Positions 55,380-63,158 of a DNA stretch of 64,000 nt are shown piece after piece (within the stretch, counting starts at the first letter, position 1; every line of letters begins with the position of its first letter). The notes below the pieces were generated by a model. It saw nothing but the letters and a program-made list of their open reading frames with translations. It ran no database searches and was not told where the DNA came from. The stretch is from an uncultured Chloroflexia bacterium (lineage in GTDB: Bacteria; Chloroflexota; Limnocylindria; Limnocylindrales; CSP1-4): NCBI GenBank assembly GCA_963776395.1, contig CAVZML010000006.1, positions 197,312-261,311 on the forward strand. Reading direction: 5' to 3'. The position numbers and the translations under genes are program-made.

Positions 55380-55729
55380 TCGCGCATTCCTCGCGCCCGC
55401 GCCACCCTCGCCCACCCTCGCGCATGCCGCGTTTCCCACATCCACCCCTGGCCTGGGTGGGAACGGGGGCCCGGCGGGCCCGGATGCGCAGACACCCACG
55501 AGGGGAGTGCAATCCGCCGCGATGACCGGCCGAGCCGATCAGCCACCCGTGGCCCGGGTGCACGCGCAGGTCGGGCCCCGCGGAGGTGCGCCAGCACCCG
55601 CCTGGCGGGTGGCAGATCAGGTGCCCGCCGCTCCTCCCGCTCGCGGGGCGGCGGCGCCGCGGCGTCCGGACCCGGTGGACCTGCGCAAGTCGGCGGTTGC
55701 CACCCGCTCCATGGGTATCTGCGAGGAAC
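55380..55729. repeat. Interspersed repeat copy A (about 350 nt; core 55434-55623)
   Basis: It is roughly 90% identical, by eye, to 62571-62893 in the same orientation. It contains the hairpins CCACCCCTGGCCTGGGTGG and CACCCGTGGCCCGGGTG. It overlaps the 3' end of the HTH gene. Confidence 0.75.
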
Positions 55730-56377
55730 GAGAGGGCCCGGATCGTCCCGCGCGGGTCCTGCAGCCAGCTCGTCATCGACCTTCCGTCGGCCGGGAGCGC
55801 GTTCCGGAGCATCGTTCGGTGAGCCTGGACACGGCGCCGATTCGTGCCGCCGTCCGCGACGAGGAGCCAGCACGCGACGCGTCGCGGGTTGCCAGCCTCG
55901 ATCCGCCGCGATCTTCACGGCCAGCCTGACCTTTCGGTCGAGCGTCCCGAGCGTCTCCTGGACGTCGACGACCTCTGTCTTGAGCTCGATGACGAGCAGA
56001 GTTCGGGTGGCGGCATGCCAGCACAGGATGTCGATGACGCCACGCTCGCCGAAGATGGAGAACGTGACTTCCGGCGTGAGCGCCCATCCGGGCATTGCCT
56101 GGAACAGCCGGGCAACCGCCTCGTGCATCGCGGAATGGCGGGCCGCGAGCAGCCGGTCCAGCTCGGCGCCCTCCCATCGAGCCTCGACGGTCATGCGGAT
56201 CCCAAGCGCCTCCGCCACGCGCCGCAGAGTTCCATGCGGCACGCCGCCGATCCGCCCGCGCTCGATCCGGGAGATAGTCTGCTGCGAGACGCCCGCCACG
56301 CGTGCCAGGTCCGCCTGGCGCCAGCACCTGCGGATCCGCACGGCACGGAAGGCGCCGCCGAGTCTTGAATCGTCCAT
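55617..56377 (-). pseudogene. XRE-family HTH protein fused to a PD-(D/E)xK-like domain, two frameshifts (~55870, ~55665)
   Basis: The HTH is WRQADLARVAGVSQQTISRIERG. The nuclease-like core is GERGVIDILCWH...LLVIELKTEVVDVQ. The tail continues in another frame (WLLVADGGTNRRRVQAHRTMLRNA...IRALSFLADTH). The stop at 55617-55619 is inferred by comparison with repeat copy B. Confidence 0.7.
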
Positions 56378-56406
56378 CGGCCGATCATGGACGGTGCCGC
56401 TCACGC

Positions 56407-56478
56407 GGGGCTTCGCCGCCACTTACCCGGGCCTTCGTCGCCGCTCAGGCGGGGCTTTGCCGCCACTTACCCGGGCCT
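56407..56478. promoter_or_regulatory. 28-nt direct repeat x2 in the divergent HTH / BadF-type promoter region
   Basis: GGGGCTT(C/T)GCCGCCACTTACCCGGGCCT occurs at 56407-56434 and 56451-56478, with 27 of 28 positions identical. Confidence 0.6.
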
Positions 56479-56566
56479 GCCGCTGCCGGTCACGCGCTTG
56501 GGCGCCGAAGCCGCGACGATCCACCGACGCGGCATGGCGCGAGCGGACCTCGGCGATGATGAAGCG

Positions 56567-57551
56567 ATGACACCGTCGGCACGCAACGGCCCGGCCCACC
56601 AGGTCATCGTGGGAGTGGACGCGGGCGCCACCAAGGCCGTCGCTATCGCCGTGACGCCCGACGGTGAGCGCATCGCCCGGGCCGAAGGCCCTGGCGCGAA
56701 CCCGAAACGGCACGGTCTGGGCACGGCGGCCGACCGAATTGTCGGGCTGGCCGGCGACGTGGCGCCGGAGCAAACACCCATCCTCCTCCTATTCGTCGCA
56801 GGAGCCGGGATCGACCGACCCGAGCACGCGCGTGCCCTGGAAGCCGCGCTCGCGAGCCGCCTCCCCGCTACGCGGCTCCCCGCCACGCGGATGCAGGCCC
56901 CATGGATGGAGGCCCGCGGATGGAGGCCGCGGGCGCAGGCGACGGATCATCGTCGTGAACGACACTCTCGCGGCCCTCCGCGCGGGCACGCCCGACGCCG
57001 TCGGTCTCGCGGTCCCCGTCTCGACCGGTGGCAACGTCATCGGGCGCGGTCCGGATGGCCGGGTCACCGACCGTGGCCATGGGATCTTCGGCGGCGCGTA
57101 CGTCCTCGGCGCCCTCGCGGCACGCGCCGCCCGGAGGGGCCGGCTGAGCGGGGAGCTCGTCGCAACGGTCGCGGCGGCCGACCTGCAGTGGGCCGGTCGC
57201 CGGCCATCTCCCGAGGCGGCGCTGCTTGGCCCGGCCGTCGTTCGGGCCGCCGAGCACGGCGAAACCGCGCCGGCCCGCTTGATTGACCGCTGGTGCGCGC
57301 GCGTGACCGGGGCCGTCGCCGAGGAGGTCGACCGCCTGGGTCTCGGCCCGGAGCCCGCGGTCGTGGTCTACGGTGGCCTGCTGGGCGCATCGCCGTGGCT
57401 CGGCGAGCGGATGCGCGGGGCGATCCTCGCCGCCGCCCGGGGGGCTCGCATCGTGTGGCTGCGCACGGACCCTGCGGAAGGCGCGGTCCTGCTGGCGCTC
57501 GACGCCTGGCGAGGCTCCCCGATCTCATGGGATTTCGCGCCTCGGCGCTGA
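56567..57551 (+). pseudogene. BadF/BadG/BcrA/BcrD-type ATPase (N-acetylglucosamine-kinase-like), frameshift near 56900-56940
   Basis: VIVGVDAGATKAVAIAV is the phosphate-1 motif. After the shift come IIVVNDTLAALRAG and VVVYGGLLG. The shift sits in a short 15-nt duplication (LPATRLPATR). Confidence 0.7.
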
Positions 57552-57655
57552 CCGCGCCCCCGGCGCTGACCGCGCCCCCGGCGCTGACCGCGCCCCCGGC
57601 GCCGACCGCGCGCCTCGGCGCTGACCGCGCGCCTCGGCGCTGACCTCGGCGCTGA
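57544..57655. repeat. 18-19-bp tandem repeat, about 6 units, each unit containing TGA
   Basis: The unit ggcgctgaccgcgccccc occurs three times, followed by ggcgc(c/t)gaccgcgcgcctc twice and then degenerate units. The first unit supplies the stop codon of the upstream gene. Confidence 0.8.
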
Positions 57656-57666
57656 AAGCGCCTGAG

Positions 57667-58287
57667 CTATTCGGCCGGTGCCCCGGTCGCAGCGCGGCGC
57701 TCGAGCTCCTTCTCCCACGTCGGCCGTGCCCCGATCGCCGCCCGGAGGGCCGCATCGGCCTCCGCCAGCTCGGCCCGCTTCGCGTCCATGCCCGGGGCCG
57801 TCGGATCCTCCAGCAGCGTCGCCCGGAGCAGCCCGATGTACGCCAGCGTGGACGGACCCTCGAGGGCGGAGAGAGCCTCGAACCGCTCCTGAACCTCGGG
57901 GTTCCGCTTCGCAAGCGATGGCCCGCCGCGCTCCCTGACCAGCAATTGGAGCTCCCGGCCCTCGCGCAGGGCACGCCATTCCAGGCGGGGACCGCCAGTC
58001 GCCTTCACCACCTGCTCCGGCCGGTAGATGGCGAGGAGCGAGGCGATCAGGACGACCAGCCCAATGTCCATCGGGATGACGTTCCCGATGGCGACCAGCA
58101 GCGCGATCACGGCCAGGGCCAGGACGACGGCCGCCAGGTTGCCGCCGCCGTACCGCCGCGACCGATGCTGGAGCTCCCTCCAGAACACCACTGCCAGGAC
58201 GACCAGGCCGATCGACAGGGCGACCTTGAGCACGGCCAGGCCCGGATCCGGATCGATGAAGTCGAGCATCCGTCTAGCATCGGCCAC
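57667..58287 (-). CDS. Hypothetical membrane protein
   Basis: 206 aa with three N-terminal helices and a charged helical C-terminal half. I recognise no family. Confidence 0.5.
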   Translation of the reverse strand: MADARRMLDFIDPDPGLAVLKVALSIGLVVLAVVFWRELQHRSRRYGGGNLAAVVLALAVIALLVAIGNVIPMDIGLVVLIASLLAIYRPEQVVKATGGPRLEWRALREGRELQLLVRERGGPSLAKRNPEVQERFEALSALEGPSTLAYIGLLRATLLEDPTAPGMDAKRAELAEADAALRAAIGARPTWEKELERRAATGAPAE

Positions 58288-58314
58288 GTTCGGGGATCGC
58301 GCTCGCGCCGCCCG

Positions 58315-59289
58315 TCAGCCGGTCCCGGGCGTTTGCCGACCCGCGGCTACAGCCCGCGAGTACGCGTGCAGGCCTGAGAACCACAGGCTGCCGGAGTAGG
58401 TCACCAGCACCATCAGGAACCCGACCACCAGCAACAGCGCGGCCGGCCGTCCGGCCCACCGGCGTTGGTTCCGCGCGTGCAGGTACACGGCGTAGGTCAG
58501 CCAGGTCACCAGGGCGGCGGTCTCCTTCGGGTCCCAACCCCAGTACCGGGACCACGCGATCGACGCCCACCAGGAACCGAGGATGATCATCGTCGCGAAG
58601 ATCGGGAACGCGATGATGACGGAGCGGTAGGCGACCTCGTCCAGGGTGGTGTGCGACGGCAGCCAGGCGAAGCGGTCACCGGTTCCCTGGGCGAGGTACC
58701 CGATCCCCGCCGCGAACGCCGTCGCGAAGATCCCGTAGGAGATGACCGCCATTCCCACGTGGATCGTCAGCATCGCTGGGAACTGGAGCGCCGGCACGAG
58801 CGCCTCGATCTCGGACGGGAGCGACGACGCGTAGAGCAGCATCCCGAGCGCGACCCCGACCGGGATGAAGCCGATCTGGCGGATCGGGTAGCGGCGGGCG
58901 AGCAGCAGGTACCCGCCCAGGATGGACGCCGCGAACGCCACGCTGAACTCGTACAGGTTCCCGTACGGCCCGCGTCCGACGACGATCCCCCGGGCCACCA
59001 TCGATCCGAGCAGCAGCAGGAAGGCGGCCGCGGTCACCGAGGTCGCGAGGCGGGACAACGGGCTCGGCGCCGTCGAGAGGGCCGAGCCGGAGTCGGCGGC
59101 GGCGGAGGCGCGGGCGGTCACGAACGATCCGGTCACGCCCGCGGCTGCGAACGCGGGGCGGCCCACCGGCACGGTCAGGGCGACGCGACGGCCGTTCGCC
59201 AGCAGCACGGCGTGGCCGACGTGCGCGGCGAAGCCGATTGCGGTGGCGATCACCCCCAGGACGAAGAGCAGCGAAGAGGCCTGTGCCAT
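58315..59289 (-). CDS. ccsA: Cytochrome c biogenesis protein CcsA/ResC
   Basis: The Trp-rich haem-handling motif WGWDPKETAALVTWL and the conserved His residues of a polytopic protein are present. Confidence 0.85.
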   Translation of the reverse strand: MAQASSLLFVLGVIATAIGFAAHVGHAVLLANGRRVALTVPVGRPAFAAAGVTGSFVTARASAAADSGSALSTAPSPLSRLATSVTAAAFLLLLGSMVARGIVVGRGPYGNLYEFSVAFAASILGGYLLLARRYPIRQIGFIPVGVALGMLLYASSLPSEIEALVPALQFPAMLTIHVGMAVISYGIFATAFAAGIGYLAQGTGDRFAWLPSHTTLDEVAYRSVIIAFPIFATMIILGSWWASIAWSRYWGWDPKETAALVTWLTYAVYLHARNQRRWAGRPAALLLVVGFLMVLVTYSGSLWFSGLHAYSRAVAAGRQTPGTG

Positions 59290-59343
59290 GTCGGTTCCCG
59301 AGACGCTGGGGACCCCGCCGGTGGTTCCGGCCGGGCCTCTGGA

Positions 59344-59817
59344 TCAGGCGGCGGTGGCTCCACCGGGCGGTGGGGCGGCCGGGCGCAGAGAGCGCGTGGT
59401 GGGCTTGAGGGTGAACGAGAGCCCGCAGTTGCCGCAGGTGTTGAGGACGGCGCTGCGGACCAGTCCACACTTCGGGCAGCCGACGACGAGCTCCTCACCG
59501 GAGGCTGCGCGGATGGTGCCGGGCTCGTAGATGACGCCCTCGGACGGGCTGTACGGCTCGCCGGACGGGAAGACGGGGCTGCCGTCCGCATCGAGGGGGG
59601 CCGGGCGGCGGGTCGGCGCGAACACGCGCTTCGTGCGCGGCCGGTGGAACAGGTAGTGGGCCCAGGCCAGGACCAGGATCGTCAGGATCGGTCCCACGAC
59701 GAAGATCAGCAGCAGGATCGGCAACAGCCCGATCAGGGCGCCCCAGTCAGGGGTGACCAGCGCGGAGCTGAACTCGAGGATCCCCGTCCAGACCTGGTCC
59801 AAGGCTTGGATGATCAC
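59344..59817 (-). CDS. Membrane protein with C-terminal zinc-ribbon, function unknown
   Basis: It has two helices followed by CPKCG...CGNCG. It lies directly upstream of ccsA on the same strand. Confidence 0.5.
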   Translation of the reverse strand: MIIQALDQVWTGILEFSSALVTPDWGALIGLLPILLLIFVVGPILTILVLAWAHYLFHRPRTKRVFAPTRRPAPLDADGSPVFPSGEPYSPSEGVIYEPGTIRAASGEELVVGCPKCGLVRSAVLNTCGNCGLSFTLKPTTRSLRPAAPPPGGATAA

Positions 59818-59923
59818 CGGCGCATCCTAGCAGCGAGCGCGACCCAGCGTCGCGGTCGTGTCCGGGCGTCGTGGTCGTGTCCGGGCGTGGTGGTCGACAA
59901 CCGGCGTGGTGGTCGACCGCCGG

Positions 59924-60529
59924 TCATGCCCCGTGCTTCGGGTGGCGCTTGTGGCGCGCGACCTTGTGGGCCGTTCCCGTCTTGGCGGTCGCTCCACGTC
60001 CCGGCTTCCAGCCCTTGCGCTCAACCTCGTCCGGTCCAGACGGGCCGGGGGTTGCGACGGTGTGCCCGGTGCCGATCGTGGGGCGACGGTTCCCGGCGGC
60101 CGGCGAGGCCAGGCGGGGCAGGTCGAGGCGGTTCAGGAGCCACTGCGTCGGCCGGGTGCGGACACCGCGGGCCTCGAGGCGCTCGCGCAGGTCCCGGTCG
60201 TTGGTCACGACGAGCATCCGCTCGTATGCCTCGGGCGTGCCGCCCGCCGCCTCGCCGACGGCCGCGGTGAGGTCGAGGATGGCCTCGTCGGCGGTGTGGC
60301 GGCCGGAATAGCGGACGTACATGTGCTGGGCGACCCGGCCCTTGACGCCGTGTCCGACACCATCGAACAGGAGGTCGATCGCGACCTCCGGCGGGATGGC
60401 GGCCCGGAGGCGGCCGATGATCGCCGCGGGCGGCGCGACGGTCGCGGAGCCGAGGCGGTAGAGCATGTTCGTCCCGTCGACCAGGAGGCGGTCGATGCCC
60501 GCGAACGGGGAGGCCGGGGCCGGAGACAT
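59924..60529 (-). CDS. NYN/YacP-like domain protein
   Basis: LLVDGTNMLY, LLFDGVGHG and VVTNDRDLRE resemble YacP-type NYN ribonuclease-fold proteins. It has a basic C-terminal tail. Confidence 0.6.
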   Translation of the reverse strand: MSPAPASPFAGIDRLLVDGTNMLYRLGSATVAPPAAIIGRLRAAIPPEVAIDLLFDGVGHGVKGRVAQHMYVRYSGRHTADEAILDLTAAVGEAAGGTPEAYERMLVVTNDRDLRERLEARGVRTRPTQWLLNRLDLPRLASPAAGNRRPTIGTGHTVATPGPSGPDEVERKGWKPGRGATAKTGTAHKVARHKRHPKHGA

Positions 60530-60551
60530 GGACAGACGGTAGCATCGAGCG

Positions 60552-61394
60552 ATGCTCCTCCTCGTCGATCTCGACGGCGTCGTCTACCGCGCCAGCGAAG
60601 GCGTGCCCGGTGTCGGGCCTGCCCTGGCCGCCCGCGCCGCCCTCGGCGACGACGTGGTCTACGTGACGAACAACGCCATGCACTACCACGGGGACTACCT
60701 GCCACGCCTTGCGGGGCATGGCGCACCCGTCGGCCCGGACCGGGTGGTGACGAGCGCGCGAGCGAGCGCCTTCTGGATCCGGGAGCACCTTCCCGCGGTC
60801 CGGCGCGTCCTGTCTGTGGGCGCGGGCGGCCTGGAGCGTGAGCTGCGCGAAGCGGGCTTCGAGCTCGTGACCGCCGCCCACGCCGCCACGAGGATGAGCC
60901 AGGAGGGCCTCGACGGCTGGGACGCAGCGGGCCACCCGGACGCCGTGGTCGTGGGCCTCGACCCGCAGCTCACCTACCTGCGGATCGCGGCGGCGGCGGA
61001 CTGCGTGCGCGCAGGGTCGGTGTTCGTGGCCACGAACCGGGACCCCGTCTATCCGACGGAACGAGGCTTCCGCCCGGGCGCCGGCGCCGTTGTCGCGGCG
61101 ATCGAGACCGCCGGCCGCCACGCCCCCACGGTCACGATCGGCAAGCCCGGGCCCTACCTGCTCGAGGCGGCCGCGGCGATGATCGGCGCGGACGTCGGGC
61201 GCGCGGTGATGATCGGCGACTCCCTCACGGACGTGGCCGCGGGCCGGGAGGTCGGTGCCCGGACGATCCTGATGCTGACCGGGGTCACCAGCCGCGAGAC
61301 GGCGGAGTCTCTCCCTCCCGACGAGCGTCCTACCCGGATCGCGGCCGACGCCGCGGAGCTCGCGCGGGTGCTGGAGGACCTGGCCGACCGCTGA
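60552..61394 (+). CDS. HAD-IIA family hydrolase (NagD-like)
   Basis: The motifs LLLVDLDGVVY (motif I), VTNNA, GKPGP and MIGDSLTDVAAG (motif IV) are present. Confidence 0.85.
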   Translation: MLLLVDLDGVVYRASEGVPGVGPALAARAALGDDVVYVTNNAMHYHGDYLPRLAGHGAPVGPDRVVTSARASAFWIREHLPAVRRVLSVGAGGLERELREAGFELVTAAHAATRMSQEGLDGWDAAGHPDAVVVGLDPQLTYLRIAAAADCVRAGSVFVATNRDPVYPTERGFRPGAGAVVAAIETAGRHAPTVTIGKPGPYLLEAAAAMIGADVGRAVMIGDSLTDVAAGREVGARTILMLTGVTSRETAESLPPDERPTRIAADAAELARVLEDLADR

Positions 61395-62535
61395 CCCCGC
61401 CTCCTGAGGCCGATCCGGGCTCCAGCTCCGGGGCCGTCCAGACCTGCTCCAGCTCCGGGATCCCGGCGCCCCACGCCCTGAAGGCCGTGCGCAGCCGCGC
61501 ACGCGTGGGCTCGTCGCAGAAGGCCGCGTCGAGCGCCGCAAGGTCGAGCGCCCACAGCTCCGGCACCGTCACCCCGATCCGCTCGACGGCCCGCCCGTAC
61601 TCCTCGGACAGCGTGACGTCGGACACGGTGAGGTCGTCCGTGCTGAGCGTCACGCGGACGCCGGCCAGCATCAGGCGGCGGAGGGGATGCGCCTCGAGCG
61701 ATGGGACGATGCCGGCCTGGACGTTCGACGTCGGACACAGGTCGAGCCACACGCCGCGCGCGACGAGATCCCGGACGAGAACCGGGTCGTCGATGGCGAG
61801 CGGGCCGTGTGCGATCCGCTCCGGGTCGAGGGCGAGAGCCCGGCGCACCTGCGCCGCGCCGCCCCATTCGCCCGCGTGGAGCGTCACGTGGAGGCCGATC
61901 TCCCGCGCCAGCTCGACGGCCGGCCGATGGCGCCCCGGGTCTGGAAATCGCGCCTCCTGGCCGGCCAGGTCGACGGCGACCAGCCCGTCGGGGATCCCGT
62001 TCGCATCGAGGTCCTGCACGAAGGCCAGGTTGGCCGCCGGTTCGTGAGAGCGCATCAGGGTGGCGATCAGCCGGACCTCGATCCCATGCCTGCGGCCGGC
62101 CTCGATCGCCCCCCGCGAGACCGCCTCCACCACCTGGCGCCCGCCCAGGCCCCGGGCAGTGTGGAGCAACGGGGCCCAGCGGAGCTCCACGTAGCGCACC
62201 CGGTCGAGCGCCTTGTCCTCGACCAGCTCGATGGCGGTCCGCTCGATCGCCTCGGTGTCCTGCATCAGGGCGATCGGAAGGTCGAAGGCGAGCAGGAGCT
62301 GGGCCTGGTCCTCGGACCGCTCCGGGCCGACCAGGACGCCCCGCATGCCGGCGTACGTCCGAGGCGCCTCGACATGGCGGGTCCGCGCGATGTCGAGCGC
62401 GGTCTCCACCCGGAGCGAGCCGTCGAGGTGGAGGTGGAGCTCGGCCTTCGGCATCGCCCGGACGAGGGCGTGCAGGCCGCGGGAGTCGAGTTCGGTCGTC
62501 TCCGGTTGGTCGGTGCTCCCCGACTGGTCGGTCAT
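61330..62535 (-). CDS. add: Adenosine deaminase
   Basis: PKAELHLHLDGS, HAGE, the ERIAHG-type segment and LSTDD are the metal and catalytic motifs. The start is ATG 62535. The roughly 45-aa C-terminal tail overlaps the convergent HAD gene and may not be real. Confidence 0.9.
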   Translation of the reverse strand: MTDQSGSTDQPETTELDSRGLHALVRAMPKAELHLHLDGSLRVETALDIARTRHVEAPRTYAGMRGVLVGPERSEDQAQLLLAFDLPIALMQDTEAIERTAIELVEDKALDRVRYVELRWAPLLHTARGLGGRQVVEAVSRGAIEAGRRHGIEVRLIATLMRSHEPAANLAFVQDLDANGIPDGLVAVDLAGQEARFPDPGRHRPAVELAREIGLHVTLHAGEWGGAAQVRRALALDPERIAHGPLAIDDPVLVRDLVARGVWLDLCPTSNVQAGIVPSLEAHPLRRLMLAGVRVTLSTDDLTVSDVTLSEEYGRAVERIGVTVPELWALDLAALDAAFCDEPTRARLRTAFRAWGAGIPELEQVWTAPELEPGSASGGGVSGRPGPPAPARAPRRRPRSG

Positions 62536-62570
62536 TGCAGGATGGTAGGCCCATGCGCTCCTTTGCCACT

Positions 62571-62893
62571 CCGCGCATTCCTCGCGCCCTCGCGCACGTC
62601 GCACATCCACTCCTGGCCTGGGTGGAAACGGGGGCCCGGCGGGCCCGGATGCGCAGACAGCCACGAGGGGAGTGCAATCCGCCGCGATGACCGGCCGAGC
62701 CGATCAGCCACCCGTGGCCCGGGTGCACGCGCAGGTCGAGCCCCGCGGAGGTGCGCCAGTACCCGCCTGGCGGGTAGCTGGTCAGGTCCCCGCCGGTCCT
62801 CCCGCTCGCGGGGCGGCGGCGCGCGGCGCCCGGACCCGGTGGACCTGCGCAAGTCGGCGGTTGCCACCCGCTTCATGGGTATCTGCGAGGAAC
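62571..62893. repeat. Interspersed repeat copy B (about 323 nt) including a 3' fragment of an HTH-gene paralogue
   Basis: It is collinear with 55380-55729. On the minus strand it encodes FLADTHEAGGNRRLAQVHRVRAPRAAAPRAGGPAGT-stop, which is the intact version of the copy A tail. Homology ends abruptly at 62893. Confidence 0.75.
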
Positions 62894-62975
62894 CGCGCCA
62901 ACGTCGATGGCGGCGTTGAGCGCGGCGTTGACCAGCGCAATTATCCTGCTACCATCAACTAGCCACTTTTCTGAC

Positions 62976-63113
62976 GTCCGTCGGGTATGCCCGCGGAGAC
63001 AGGTCCGTCGGGTACGCCCGCCGGGGACGAGTCCGTCGGGTACGCCCGCCGGGGACGAGTCCGTCGGGCACGCCTGCCGGGGACGAGTCCGTCGGGCACG
63101 CCCGCCGGGACGA
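62976..63113. repeat. 28-bp tandem repeat x5
   Basis: Units starting gtccgtcggg begin at 62976, 63003, 63031, 63059 and 63087. The consensus unit is gtccgtcgggtacgcccgccggggacga. The array ends 45 nt upstream of the SDR start codon. Confidence 0.85.
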
Positions 63114-63158
63114 GTCGACGAACGCAGCCGAGCCTGAGCCACAACCCGGAGCAACGCC

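Noticed and set aside
62976-63113. A possible CRISPR array suggested by the 28-bp repeats.
   Set aside because: The units are directly head to tail with no unique spacers. No cas genes or leader are present in the window.
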